Assembly: GCA_016744855.1 (NCBI GenBank) | Contig: JADGDO010000013.1 | Span: forward strand, 33,301-97,300 | Length of the DNA stretch: 64,000 nt | Direction of reading: 5' to 3' | Source of the DNA: Candidatus Fermentibacteraceae bacterium | GTDB lineage: Bacteria; Fermentibacterota; Fermentibacteria; Fermentibacterales; JCC-6 | In this document: positions 9,504 to 19,693 of the stretch, in pieces | Layout: each line of letters begins with the position of its first letter | Numbering within the stretch: the first letter of the stretch is position 1 | Notes under the pieces: model-generated | What the model was told of the DNA's origin: nothing | Seen by the model: only the letters and a program-made list of their open reading frames with translations | Database searches by the model: none | Position numbers and translations under genes: made by a program

Positions 9504-10763
9504 TTGAACCGGATTTCCATTGCAGTTGCTGGTGCTGGCGATAGAGGAGCTACTTACGCATCCTACGCCATTGAGCACCCTGAAAGGGTTACCATAACTG
9601 CAGTAGCCGAGCCCAGAGAATTACACAGGAACCGGATGGCTGAGCTTTTTTCAATTCCAGCCGATAAAGTGTTCTGCTCATGGGAGGAAATGGCAGCTTG
9701 CGAGAAACTGGCTGATGCTGTTGTGATTGCTACTCAAGATAATATGCACACAGAACCCGCTCTTGCATTTGCAGAACTTGGCTATTCAATTCTGCTGGAG
9801 AAACCAATGGCTCCCACTGCAGAGGAGTGCTCATCTATTGTCTCCGCAGTTCAGTCTGCTGGGGTTGTATTTGCAGTTTGTCATGTACTGCGTTACACCG
9901 CATACACAAGAAAACTTATGAAGCTTCTGGACACTGGCGTGATTGGTGAGATTGTTTCTGTTCAGCATCTGGAGCCTGTCGGTTACTGGCATCAGGCTCA
10001 TTCATTCGTAAGGGGAAATTGGAGAAATTCTCAGGAGTCATCTTTTATGCTTCTGGCAAAGTCTTGCCATGATATGGACTGGCTTCGTTTCATTATAGAC
10101 CGAAAGTGCCTTTCAGTTTCTTCCTTTGGTTCATTGAAGTTTTTCAAACCTGAGTGTGCTCCGGCAGGAGCAGGAGAGAGATGCATGAGCTGTGGAATAG
10201 AACAAAAATGCCCCTATTCAGCAAAAAAGCTTTACTTCGGTTTGTTTGATTCAGGTAAAACAGGCTGGCCAGTGAATGTGGTTGCTCCCGAACCAACCAG
10301 AGAAAAGCTTAGGGATGCACTTGCAAATGGACCATATGGCCGCTGTGTATTCGCCTGCGACAATGATGTTGTTGACAATCAGGTAGTCAACTTGCTCTTT
10401 GAGGACGAGGTTACAGCGACATTTACCATGACAGCATTCACAAAAGCTGCATCTCGGAAAACAAGAATCTTCGGGACTGCAGGGGAGATTGAGGGTGACG
10501 GAAAGATTCTGAAGATTTTTGATTTTCTTACTGACACTGAGACTGTTATTGATACATCCTCTCTTGAGCCTGCTTCAATGGCCGGTCACGGTGGAGGAGA
10601 TTACCATATAATGGAAGACTTTGTCGCGGCTGTATCGGCAGGAGATCAGGGTCTAATCTCATCGGGCCCCAAGGTTTCTCTTGAATCTCATCTCATGGCA
10701 TTTGCAGGGGAGAAGGCGAGGCTTGAGAAGCGTTTAGTGGATCTTTCAGAGATGGGCTCGTAG
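9504..10763 (+). CDS. Gfo/Idh/MocA family NAD(P)-dependent oxidoreductase
   Basis: N-terminal Rossmann motif ISIAVAGAGDRG. Length and C-terminal alpha/beta domain are typical. TTG start preceded by GGAGGAG. Confidence 0.85.
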   Translation: MNRISIAVAGAGDRGATYASYAIEHPERVTITAVAEPRELHRNRMAELFSIPADKVFCSWEEMAACEKLADAVVIATQDNMHTEPALAFAELGYSILLEKPMAPTAEECSSIVSAVQSAGVVFAVCHVLRYTAYTRKLMKLLDTGVIGEIVSVQHLEPVGYWHQAHSFVRGNWRNSQESSFMLLAKSCHDMDWLRFIIDRKCLSVSSFGSLKFFKPECAPAGAGERCMSCGIEQKCPYSAKKLYFGLFDSGKTGWPVNVVAPEPTREKLRDALANGPYGRCVFACDNDVVDNQVVNLLFEDEVTATFTMTAFTKAASRKTRIFGTAGEIEGDGKILKIFDFLTDTETVIDTSSLEPASMAGHGGGDYHIMEDFVAAVSAGDQGLISSGPKVSLESHLMAFAGEKARLEKRLVDLSEMGS

Positions 10764-10916
10764 AGAATGCAAGTTCATTTTGATTAACTAGATAGAATCA
10801 TTCAGTATCCAAAGGTCTTTTTTCTGCTTTGAGAAGGAGACTGAGGATGAAGGAAAGAGCTCTCCGGCTGGAACAGAGTGTGTCACTCAACCGGAGAGCA
10901 AATTTATCGTGGAATC

Positions 10917-11762
10917 TTATCTATTTACAATTACGCAGTTTTCAAGTCCAACAGCGTTAAAGGATTCACCGCTGATTGTTCCTCTGATCTGAACCATGTC
11001 TCTGTTTGCACTCATAGCCTCTGCTACCTCTTCAGAGATCTCTCCGGCGAATTCGCATGCCGCTGCTTTATTGTAGTGGTCATCGTTTGAACCGAGGTCC
11101 ACTCTGATAACAACACTGTCATCAAGAGTTGATGTGGTAGTGGAGCTGTAGTAACCCTCGACAGTTACTTCCATTCCAATCCATACATTGTACATGTCAA
11201 TGAACTGGTCCGCTGGAATTGCCTCGCCATCATAGATCCAGCAGGATGTCTCAACCGGTTCCAAGTTTGCAGGTGCTTCGACAATTACTGCAGAGTTTAG
11301 TTCAGGTCCACTCCAGCTGTCTTCAAGGATACCGCGAATTGCTACTATCTCGCCCTTGTAAACTACCTCATCTGAGTTTGGATCGAAGTTTCCCACGAGC
11401 AGATCGTCGTCACTGTCAGGGTCCATTACAAGACCAAGCTCGTCCTCTACTACCATGCTGTCGCCGTACCAAATTGAAGGATAACCGGCAATTGTTACTT
11501 CGCGTTCTTCCCAGGCGAAGTATGCTGCACTTAACTCTCCTGCTGAGATTACCTGGTCAGGAGTTACGGTTGATGGGTCGAGAGTTCCCTCAGGGTACAT
11601 TGCAACCTCTTCTGGGATATCTGCAACTTCTACGACTTCTTCAGTTGCTTCTTCTGTAACTTCGTCAGTTGTGGTTACTTCTGGATCTTCTGCAGGTGCT
11701 TCATTTCCACCGCAGGCCATTGCCAGAAGAATCAGTACAGGAATAAGTGCAAAATTTTTCAT
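10917..11762 (-). CDS. Acidic lipoprotein, hypothetical
   Basis: Lipobox signal MKNFALIPVLILLAMACGG, followed by an acidic E/T-rich linker and a beta-rich domain. Confidence 0.55.
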   Translation of the reverse strand: MKNFALIPVLILLAMACGGNEAPAEDPEVTTTDEVTEEATEEVVEVADIPEEVAMYPEGTLDPSTVTPDQVISAGELSAAYFAWEEREVTIAGYPSIWYGDSMVVEDELGLVMDPDSDDDLLVGNFDPNSDEVVYKGEIVAIRGILEDSWSGPELNSAVIVEAPANLEPVETSCWIYDGEAIPADQFIDMYNVWIGMEVTVEGYYSSTTTSTLDDSVVIRVDLGSNDDHYNKAAACEFAGEISEEVAEAMSANRDMVQIRGTISGESFNAVGLENCVIVNR

Positions 11763-11926
11763 TTGTGTCCCTCTTTAAAGTGATAATTCAGTACATGAAC
11801 CGGAACCTCTCTCCCGGTTCCAACGAACTGCTTTTATAATAATGAAAGGGGTCTGAGGCAATATTCGGCGGTAGAAAATTGCTGTAGTTTTAAGCAACAT
11901 TGTTAATTGTTCCGGCATAATATGTT

Positions 11927-12484
11927 ATGAATGAAGGGAAAGAAAAAGTGACTGATATTGTAGAAAGAGCTGCAGCGCTTGCCCGCGACGCTCATGGAAA
12001 AATACAGCAGCTTCGCAAATTTACAGGAGAGCCTTACATTGTTCATCCGAAAAGGGTTGCTGGAATTGTATCTTCAGTGACTTCCGACTCTGAGATGATT
12101 GCAGCTGCATGGTTGCACGATGTGGTTGAGGATACACCTGTCTCCATCGATGAAATTGCTGCTGAGTTTGGCTCAGAGGTGGCTGCGATGGTTGCTGGAG
12201 TCACCAAAATTATTGATGGAACAACCATTGGCAGAGAAAAAGCTGCAGAGATGAATATTGCTCATGTGGGTCGGGGAGACTGTCGGATTAAAACGATAAA
12301 GCTTGCTGATGTTATCGATAATATTTCAGATATTGTCGAGCATGATCCCAAATTCGCAGTAATCTACCTTGCTGAAAAGAAAGCTCTTCTGGAGGTTCTG
12401 CATGACGGAGACCCAAAACTGCTTATACAGGCGGAACAGTTATTGAATGACCAGCTCCGAAAACTGGAACAACTAAACTGCTAA
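11927..12484 (+). CDS. HD-domain hydrolase, (p)ppGpp pyrophosphohydrolase-like (SpoT/RelA N-terminal HD type)
   Basis: HPKRVA...LHDVVEDT motif (H...HD...D metal ligands). 185 aa, single domain. Confidence 0.65.
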   Translation: MNEGKEKVTDIVERAAALARDAHGKIQQLRKFTGEPYIVHPKRVAGIVSSVTSDSEMIAAAWLHDVVEDTPVSIDEIAAEFGSEVAAMVAGVTKIIDGTTIGREKAAEMNIAHVGRGDCRIKTIKLADVIDNISDIVEHDPKFAVIYLAEKKALLEVLHDGDPKLLIQAEQLLNDQLRKLEQLNC

Positions 12485-13605
12485 ACCCTTTTGGTGAAGG
12501 AACTGTTCTTTAGTAAAGAGGGCCGGACGGGTGGTAAATCTGTAAACTTAACAAGATCATCTGTTTCTATCAGCCAGGTTTTTTGAACAGTGTGAAGTTT
12601 GAATCCCATCTCAGTGTTGATGTTCAGTATGCTTTTGTTCGAACTGGCATTGCCGGTTCCTATCGATGCATCTGAAGGAAGTTCCTGCATTATTCTGGTC
12701 AGCATTTCTGCTTTCAGCCTTCTTGCGATGCCTCTGTTTCTCGCAGAGGGGAGAACAGCTGTGTATTTCTGTGAGAGAGCTGAGGGTCTTAGAAGGTTCC
12801 AGTATACTTCGGTGAATCCCAGAAGTTTATCGTTTATGGGATCAACTGCATATACAGTTAGCTTTTTGCTACCAGCGAGGGAGGCTTTTTCAAGTTTGCG
12901 AATAACATCACGTGTATATCTGAATCCTTTGTTTCTCTGCTCAGTGTTTTCTGCATCAAGAACTGCCTGGTAAAACTCACAGATTTCATCAATGCGATTC
13001 TCTGGGAAAGCACCGGTCCAGCTACCTGTTTTTACTCCGTTGTGTTTGTTGCAGGGGAGTTTGAGCCATTCGTCAACGATTTCTCTCTTCACATCCCTGA
13101 TATGAAGCCTGTTGAAGCTATCTTCGTGACTCTTAACTGCTCCAGTCCTTTCAATAAATGCTTCACCAGATGGAAAGAGGGAATTCGTGTAGCAGTTAAG
13201 ATTAACAAGGCTGTCTCGTCTTGCGCATTCAGCAATTTTGCCGAGCATTGCGGTTCCTATTCCTTTTCGTCTGTGACCTCGGGCAACTGTTATGTGGAAT
13301 TGCACAGGACTGCCGATTTGATCCCGTTTCCAGTGCTTGAGGCCACATAATGCTTTTAATGAGTTGTCTTCAGAGTTCCACAGAGCCCAGTTTTCAGTTT
13401 CAAAGAGTATAGCCATTGATTCTGTTCTTTGAATGAGTTCCTCCTTGGAAAAAACTGGTTCATCAGGAATTGATTCAAGACGGATATCCCGCTGAAAAGT
13501 GTACCAGGCATCAATCTGGAACTCATCAGCAGATAAAAGTGAAAATGGAACAAAATCACATTGAGATGGCTGTGGTTTTATCTGATCAGCTCTCATATAA
13601 ATCAC
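12481..13605 (-). CDS. Tandem GNAT family N-acetyltransferase
   Basis: Two acetyl-CoA binding motifs (RGHRRKGIGTAML, ARNRGIARRLKAEML). Overlaps the upstream gene by 4 nt. Confidence 0.7.
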   Translation of the reverse strand: MIYMRADQIKPQPSQCDFVPFSLLSADEFQIDAWYTFQRDIRLESIPDEPVFSKEELIQRTESMAILFETENWALWNSEDNSLKALCGLKHWKRDQIGSPVQFHITVARGHRRKGIGTAMLGKIAECARRDSLVNLNCYTNSLFPSGEAFIERTGAVKSHEDSFNRLHIRDVKREIVDEWLKLPCNKHNGVKTGSWTGAFPENRIDEICEFYQAVLDAENTEQRNKGFRYTRDVIRKLEKASLAGSKKLTVYAVDPINDKLLGFTEVYWNLLRPSALSQKYTAVLPSARNRGIARRLKAEMLTRIMQELPSDASIGTGNASSNKSILNINTEMGFKLHTVQKTWLIETDDLVKFTDLPPVRPSLLKNSSFTKRV

Positions 13606-14801
13606 CTGACCAGAACTGTTCGTGCGGTTGCAGATTGCGATCCACCACTCAGCCTGACTAGATAGATGCCAGATGCCAAATCCGAGAAGTTTACTTCAAC
13701 TGTCTGCTCACCTGAAGGTAGAGCACCGCAGCTCCTTCTTTCCACAAGCCTTCCTGAGAGGTCGTGAATTTCCAATTGCAGAACTGTAGGTTCAGGTACC
13801 AGAAAGAGGAGTTGTGCAGTAGATGTTACAGGGTTTGGAGAAATCCGTGTGATAGAGAGGTATTCGCTTCCAGCTGAATCTTCAATATTGGTTGTATTCA
13901 GATGAAGGCCAAGAGAGAAAAATTGTCCTCCTGCTACTGCCATGTAATCTTCATTGGGTTCCGGTACGTTACACTGTCCTCCATTGTTATGTCCCCAGGC
14001 TATTATAGAACCGTCTTCCTTTACTGCGATATTGTGAAAATCGCCGGCATCAATTGATGCAAAACTCTCATTGGGTTCGGGTTCATTACTCTGACCATAG
14101 ACGTTAAATCCCCACAATAGTACAGTACCATCCTCTCTGAGAGCGATACTATGGCCAAAACCTCCGGCAATTGCTATGAAGGGGTCATAATCATGATCAT
14201 CAGGCATATCACATTGACCCAGGGAGTTGTTTCCCCATACCTGCAGGTTTCCATTTGCTTTTATCGCAAGATTGTGCATGCTTCCAGCTGCGATTACAAC
14301 AAAATTTTCATTGGGGTCAGGGATGTCAGACTGATTTAACTCGTTGGATCCCCAGAGCACCACTGAACCATTATCGCGCAGAGCCATACAGTGTTGTTCC
14401 CCTGCTGCCACTGCTAAAAAACCTTCGTTTAGGCCGGGAACCTCATACAGCCCGAAGCTGTCGCTTCCCCATACTGTTATTGTGCTGTCAGCTCTCATAG
14501 CTATACTGTGATAATTTCCACAGGAAACAGCAACAAAATTCTCATTTGGTTCAGGTACATCACACTGACCGGAGGTGCTTAATCCCCAGCCAACAATGGA
14601 ACCGTCAGTCTTTATACCGAGACTATGATACTTTCCAGATGCTATTGCTGCAAAGTTTTCATTCGGTTCCGGTACATCACATACCCCATAAACGTTGGAT
14701 CCCCAGCTTTCAATAGAGCCATCCCACTGAGCCAGGGAAACCTCTGCAAACGATGTAAACATTCCAAATCCCAAGATTAGTTGCCAAAGAATACGCATCA
14801 T
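13602..14801 (-). CDS. RCC1-repeat beta-propeller protein with T9SS C-terminal sorting domain
   Basis: At least seven ~40-aa repeats (WG.N.YGQCDVPEPNENF...G..HSLA). C-terminal motif GIYLVRLSGGSQSATARTVLVR. ATG-ATG start after GGGAGG. The ORF extends to a GTG at 14834. Confidence 0.75.
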   Translation of the reverse strand: MMRILWQLILGFGMFTSFAEVSLAQWDGSIESWGSNVYGVCDVPEPNENFAAIASGKYHSLGIKTDGSIVGWGLSTSGQCDVPEPNENFVAVSCGNYHSIAMRADSTITVWGSDSFGLYEVPGLNEGFLAVAAGEQHCMALRDNGSVVLWGSNELNQSDIPDPNENFVVIAAGSMHNLAIKANGNLQVWGNNSLGQCDMPDDHDYDPFIAIAGGFGHSIALREDGTVLLWGFNVYGQSNEPEPNESFASIDAGDFHNIAVKEDGSIIAWGHNNGGQCNVPEPNEDYMAVAGGQFFSLGLHLNTTNIEDSAGSEYLSITRISPNPVTSTAQLLFLVPEPTVLQLEIHDLSGRLVERRSCGALPSGEQTVEVNFSDLASGIYLVRLSGGSQSATARTVLVR

Positions 14802-15301
14802 TCTGCCTCCCTGTAAAAATGACCATAAATACACTAACTATTAACTTAATATAGTTAAACTTCAATATGTAGCAATAGTGTCAGTTGATTAATTTGCAAT
14901 AATTATACCACGAGTTGCTTGTTTTTTTAACCAGAACTAAACGGAGGCACTTTCGGGATGTAATGTTCTGTTACAATTCGATATCAAAATGGAAATACTC
15001 TGTTGTAATACTTCTGTGAGCAGATGGACTAAAACATGAATTGTCGTAATGAACAAACAAGCTGAATTCGAAACTGTTCTGGGGTTGTTCTGTAAGAAAT
15101 CAGAATAGCAACAGAATTTGAAAGCACCGTTCAGGAACTTCCGGTTTTAGTGGAAATTTTGGAACTGGATGAGTTACCTGAAGCGCAGAACAACCTTACT
15201 TATGTGTAGTACCAGCTCGTTGCAACAGGGATTGATTACCTTGAGGCAGAGGTGGATTACTGTGTTCTTAGAGGGCTGGATATAAGATATGGAGATGAAA
15301 G

Positions 15302-16552
15302 ATGAAAAAAAAGAAATGGTTACTTTTGCTGATCATTCCAGCAGCTCTGTTGCTGATGCCCGTTTTGAGAAGTACACCTGATGAAGAGGATGGTATTCAG
15401 ATAACTGTTGCAAGGCAGGGAAGCCTTGAGGAACGGTCGGACGGTTCCGGCACACTTGAGGGTATTACAAAGGTTGATGTAAGTGCAGAGACTGGAGGTC
15501 TGGTCGAAAGCATCCCAGTTGAGGTTGGAGATACGGTGCTTGTTGGTCAGCTTCTTTTGGGTCTGGAAACAACTCAGGCGAGGGCAAACCTGAATTCTGC
15601 TGCATCACAGATTGAAAGTTCTTCAATTGCTCTTGACCAGGCGCAAAGAGAACTTGAACGTACGAGTGCTCTCTATGATGCAAATCTTACCAGCAGTGAA
15701 GACTATCAGGTTGCTCAGGAAAATGTTGACTTGAGAAGGCAGGAACTGTATAGGGCAAACTCCTCGTACGCAGTATCTGATAACAATCTTAGTAAAACAA
15801 CCTATTACTCACCTGTAAGCGGTATTATAACAGCTCTAAATGTTGAAGAAGGAGAAACTGCAGTTCAGGGAACCATGAACAATGCAGGAACAGTTCTGAT
15901 GACAGTCGAGGACATGTCTACATTCCGCGTGCGTGTGAACATGGTAGAGAGTGAAATAGTTTTCGTCCGTCAGGGAATGTCTGCAGAAGTAACCCTGGAT
16001 GCTCTTCCGGATACGGTTTTCTCGGGAACAGTGGAGCAGGTAGGTCTCAGTTCAATAAGCGATGGCGGAGGTGAGACAGCAGCCGAGTTCGAGGTGCTTC
16101 TGAGGTTGGACGCAGTGGATGCATCCATGAGATCGGGAATGTCTGCTTCCGTAGAGATTGTTACATCTGGCGCTGAAAACTGTGTGATAGTACCCGTGCA
16201 GAGCATTGTTCAAAGAGACAACCCTCAGAATCCTGCAGAGCAGGTATCCTGCGTTCTTGTGGTAAACGAGGGTGTAATCTCTGCTGTACCGGTAAGCACA
16301 GGTGTAAGCAGTATTATGGAAATCCAGGTCGAGGGAATTTCTTCAGGGGATCGTGTGGTATCGGGACCTGTTGGTGCTCTCAGAACACTGAATGATGGCG
16401 ATATACTCGGAGCGGAATCAGATTCTGAGAGTGATGAAGACAGTGACGAAGACAGTGGATTCCCTATGGTAGGATTGCCTGGAACGGGCCCTGGAGCAGG
16501 TGGTCCACCCCCCGGCGGTCGCGGTGGAGGTGGTGGTCCTCATGGTGGTTAA
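15302..16552 (+). CDS. Efflux transporter periplasmic adaptor (MacA/HlyD family) with a Gly/Pro-rich C-terminal tail
   Basis: Signal/TM anchor, biotin-lipoyl-like domain and coiled-coil hairpin. C-terminal tail [21 protein letters not shown]. First gene of a four-gene operon. Confidence 0.85.
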   Translation: MKKKKWLLLLIIPAALLLMPVLRSTPDEEDGIQITVARQGSLEERSDGSGTLEGITKVDVSAETGGLVESIPVEVGDTVLVGQLLLGLETTQARANLNSAASQIESSSIALDQAQRELERTSALYDANLTSSEDYQVAQENVDLRRQELYRANSSYAVSDNNLSKTTYYSPVSGIITALNVEEGETAVQGTMNNAGTVLMTVEDMSTFRVRVNMVESEIVFVRQGMSAEVTLDALPDTVFSGTVEQVGLSSISDGGGETAAEFEVLLRLDAVDASMRSGMSASVEIVTSGAENCVIVPVQSIVQRDNPQNPAEQVSCVLVVNEGVISAVPVSTGVSSIMEIQVEGISSGDRVVSGPVGALRTLNDGDILGAESDSESDEDSDEDSGFPMVGLPGTGPGAGGPPPGGRGGGGGPHGG

Positions 16553-17219
16553 TGGAACAGGTCTCCGCAAGGTGTACCGAATGGGCGAAGTTGAGGTCGA
16601 GGCCCTCGCTGGAGTTGATATTAAAATAAAGCGGGGAGAGTTCGTAACAGTCACCGGGGCTTCCGGTTCAGGGAAAAGTACTGTGTTGAGCATAATTGGC
16701 TGCCTGGACAGGGTAACCTCTGGAAGTTACAGCCTGATGGACCGGGATGTGGAGATAATGTCCGATTCGGAACTGGCCTCTGTAAGAAATCAGTTCATAG
16801 GCTTTGTTTTTCAGACATTCAATCTGCTGCCAAGGGCAACTTCGGTTCAGAATGTTGAGCTACCTCTTATCTACGCAGGTGAGGGAAGGAGAGAGAGAAG
16901 AGAGAAGGCGATGGCAATGCTTGAAAAGGTTGGATTGGGATCAAGGGCTTTCCACCGCCCGAGCCAGCTTTCCGGTGGTGAAAGGCAGCGTGTGGCTATT
17001 GCAAGAGCTTTGGTAACGGAACCGGCTCTGCTTCTCGCTGATGAACCAACTGGCAACCTGGACAGCACCACAGGTAACTCAATAATGGAGTTGTTTCAGA
17101 GCGTTCACAATGAGGGGAAGACCATTCTTCTCGTAACGCATGATCCCGAAGTTGCCGTAAAGGGCACGAGAACCATTCAGCTGAAAGATGGGCTAATTGA
17201 AAGAGATGTGAGCAATTGA
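16542..17219 (+). CDS. ABC transporter ATP-binding protein (MacB/LolD type)
   Basis: Walker [10 protein letters not shown], signature [15 protein letters not shown], Walker [14 protein letters not shown]-loop. Confidence 0.9.
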   Translation: MVVNGTGLRKVYRMGEVEVEALAGVDIKIKRGEFVTVTGASGSGKSTVLSIIGCLDRVTSGSYSLMDRDVEIMSDSELASVRNQFIGFVFQTFNLLPRATSVQNVELPLIYAGEGRRERREKAMAMLEKVGLGSRAFHRPSQLSGGERQRVAIARALVTEPALLLADEPTGNLDSTTGNSIMELFQSVHNEGKTILLVTHDPEVAVKGTRTIQLKDGLIERDVSN

Positions 17220-18442
17220 AATCTCTAGATGTTCTTGCAACTGCATACAATTCCATCAGATCAAACCCCGTAAGGTCATTTCTTACATCCTTCGGTGTTA
17301 CAGCCGGTGTTACGGCAGTAGTGGCTCTGGTAGGTCTTGTGTCAGGTATTGGAGGTTTTGTTCAAAACGAGTTTGAAGGAATGCTCAACTCCAACGCCTT
17401 TGAAATAACCAGAAGAAATCCCGATTTCGGCGATTCCGAAGGAAGAAATGCAAGCAGGTCATGGCCTTCAATAACAGCGGAAAACGGTGAGGATCTTGCA
17501 GTCTACACAGACAGTATATGCACGGTAGCCTGGGAAGGAACTTCCTCTGGTGCAGTTGTTTTTCAAAGCAGCACGGCTCTGGATGTTTCCATTCAGGGAT
17601 GTTCACCCCAGTCTGAGATTGTTCACGGAATAGTTGTAGAATATGGAAGATTTTTTACAGAAACAGAAAGTGATGCCCGTTCAAGAGTCTGTATTCTCGG
17701 AGCAGATCTGGCTGAAACCCTTGGGATCACAGAGGCGGATGTGGGCTCGGCCGTGAAGATCGCCGGGCACCGTTTTACCATTTCAGGGATAGAAGAAGCT
17801 TCGGGTTCTGCATTCGGTGTTTCGATGGACAGCAATGTTCGTATTCCCTACTCAACATACCAGAATCTTTTCAGCAGGCCCGGAAGTGAAGTTGTCATTA
17901 CCGTAATGCCCCTTGATGGAGTTACGCTTGAAGAAGCCCTGGAGGAATGCGTTTCCATTATGAGGAATCTCAGAGGATTAACAAGTGATGACGAGAATAC
18001 TTTTTATGCGGTAACACAGGAGGGTTCTCTCAGTTCAATCAATGAGCTGCTCTCAGCAGTTGGAGCCATAACAATAGGTATAGCAGCGGTATCCCTGCTT
18101 GTCGGAGGAATCGGCATTATGAACATTACTCTTGTAAGTGTTGCGGAAAGAACCAGAGAAGTTGGAACTAGAAGAGCTCTCGGTGCAACCAGATTGGATG
18201 TGGTTAGGCAGTTTCTTTCCGAAGCGGTAGCCGTCTCTCTTCTGGGAGGAATAACAGGGCTTGCTCTTGGTACAGGCATTATCAGTCTTGTCTCTGCGCT
18301 GACCCCGGTTCCTGCTGTTGTCTCGCCGTGGTCTGCTGTTGCAGCACTGGGTTTTTCATGGGCAGTAGGACTGGTTTTTGGCGTGTATCCTGCCTGGAAG
18401 GCAGCTGGCCTCAGCCCAGTGGAGGCATTACGATATGAATAA
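17216..18442 (+). CDS. ABC transporter permease, FtsX/MacB-like with periplasmic domain
   Basis: TTG start overlapping the upstream stop. N-terminal TM, ~250-aa periplasmic domain, C-terminal FtsX 3-TM bundle. Confidence 0.8.
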   Translation: MKSLDVLATAYNSIRSNPVRSFLTSFGVTAGVTAVVALVGLVSGIGGFVQNEFEGMLNSNAFEITRRNPDFGDSEGRNASRSWPSITAENGEDLAVYTDSICTVAWEGTSSGAVVFQSSTALDVSIQGCSPQSEIVHGIVVEYGRFFTETESDARSRVCILGADLAETLGITEADVGSAVKIAGHRFTISGIEEASGSAFGVSMDSNVRIPYSTYQNLFSRPGSEVVITVMPLDGVTLEEALEECVSIMRNLRGLTSDDENTFYAVTQEGSLSSINELLSAVGAITIGIAAVSLLVGGIGIMNITLVSVAERTREVGTRRALGATRLDVVRQFLSEAVAVSLLGGITGLALGTGIISLVSALTPVPAVVSPWSAVAALGFSWAVGLVFGVYPAWKAAGLSPVEALRYE

Positions 18443-19667
18443 CTCATGGAGCATCATGGAGAACATTTCCACAGCTTTCGTTGCTCTCTGGTCCGGAAAA
18501 ATGCGCAGCCTTTTAACCATACTCGGTATTGTAATAGGAATTGCCGCTATGACAGCGGTTACAAGCTTGCTGCAGGGATTCAATTCTAAGGTGAACTCGA
18601 CTTTCGAGGAGATGGGAACATCAACGATTTACATTAGCAACTCGGCGGGACCCTCTATGGCCGGAGGAGCCGGAAGATCCCGGAACACTCGGCCCGATAT
18701 GGAGATTTCATACATCGCGGTGCTTCTTGATGTTGAAGGGGTTTCAGGAGCTGTTCCTCTGAGTACAACCATGGGTTCTGTAAAGACGCTCGACGGTGTG
18801 GAGCTTTCGGCAAAACTGCAGGGTACAACCTTCAACTGGCCTGATGTATCGGGAAGAACTCTATCCAGTGGCAGATTTTTTACTGAATTCGAAAGTCTTT
18901 CAAGAAAAAGTGTGTGTGTTCTGGGAGTAACAGTATCCGACAGGATGTTCCCTGAAAGTGATCCGCTGGGTTCAGAGATTCAGGTTGGTGGAAGAAACCT
19001 GACCGTGGCAGGTGTTCTTGATGAAGCAGGAGAGTTAATGGGGCAGGATCAGGACAACGTTATACTTATACCGGCCACCATATTCAATCGCTGGGGAAAT
19101 CTCGAGGAGCACATGATGCTGATGGTAACTGTGGATGATCCGGCAACAATGGATCAAACTATGATCAGGATTCAAAACTGCATGAGGCAGCTCCGGGGAC
19201 TATCCATTGATGAAGATGACAATTTCGAAATGATGACTGCCGACAACCTGAAAGAAGGTTTTTCAACCGTTTCAACCTGGCTTTTCATAGGACTTCTCGG
19301 TCTTTCAAGTATTTCCCTTTTTGTGGGTTCTGTAGGAATTGCCAACATCATGCTTGTCAGCGTAGCACAGCGTACAGGAGAGATAGGGCTCAGACAAGCT
19401 CTCGGGGCCACAAGGAAAAAAATCCTTGGTCAGTTCCTGACTGAATCCATCATACTTTCCCTAACAGGGGGGGTACTTGGAATAATCTGCGGGGCAGGGC
19501 TTGCTCAACTAATGGCTTCTCTTACCGGGCTTTCAGCAGGTCTTAGCATAGCAGGTATACTGGCCGGTGTTCTCGTTAGTACGTTGGCAGGAACTTTAGC
19601 AGGGCTTTATCCAGCGGCCAGGGCAGCAAAAATGCAACCTGTTGTTGCATTGAGTCACAGCATCTGA
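18435..19667 (+). CDS. ABC transporter permease, FtsX/MacB-like (second copy)
   Basis: Same architecture as the previous gene. ATG overlaps the upstream stop by 8 nt. Confidence 0.8.
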   Translation: MNNSWSIMENISTAFVALWSGKMRSLLTILGIVIGIAAMTAVTSLLQGFNSKVNSTFEEMGTSTIYISNSAGPSMAGGAGRSRNTRPDMEISYIAVLLDVEGVSGAVPLSTTMGSVKTLDGVELSAKLQGTTFNWPDVSGRTLSSGRFFTEFESLSRKSVCVLGVTVSDRMFPESDPLGSEIQVGGRNLTVAGVLDEAGELMGQDQDNVILIPATIFNRWGNLEEHMMLMVTVDDPATMDQTMIRIQNCMRQLRGLSIDEDDNFEMMTADNLKEGFSTVSTWLFIGLLGLSSISLFVGSVGIANIMLVSVAQRTGEIGLRQALGATRKKILGQFLTESIILSLTGGVLGIICGAGLAQLMASLTGLSAGLSIAGILAGVLVSTLAGTLAGLYPAARAAKMQPVVALSHSI

Positions 19668-19693
19668 TTTAGCGGGTAACCCTCTTGTTCCGG

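Noticed and set aside
11219-11659. 146-aa plus-strand ORF rich in Leu/Arg/Gln
   Set aside because: It is antisense to the acidic lipoprotein gene. Its low-complexity composition mirrors the E/T-rich codons of the opposite strand, so it is a shadow ORF.
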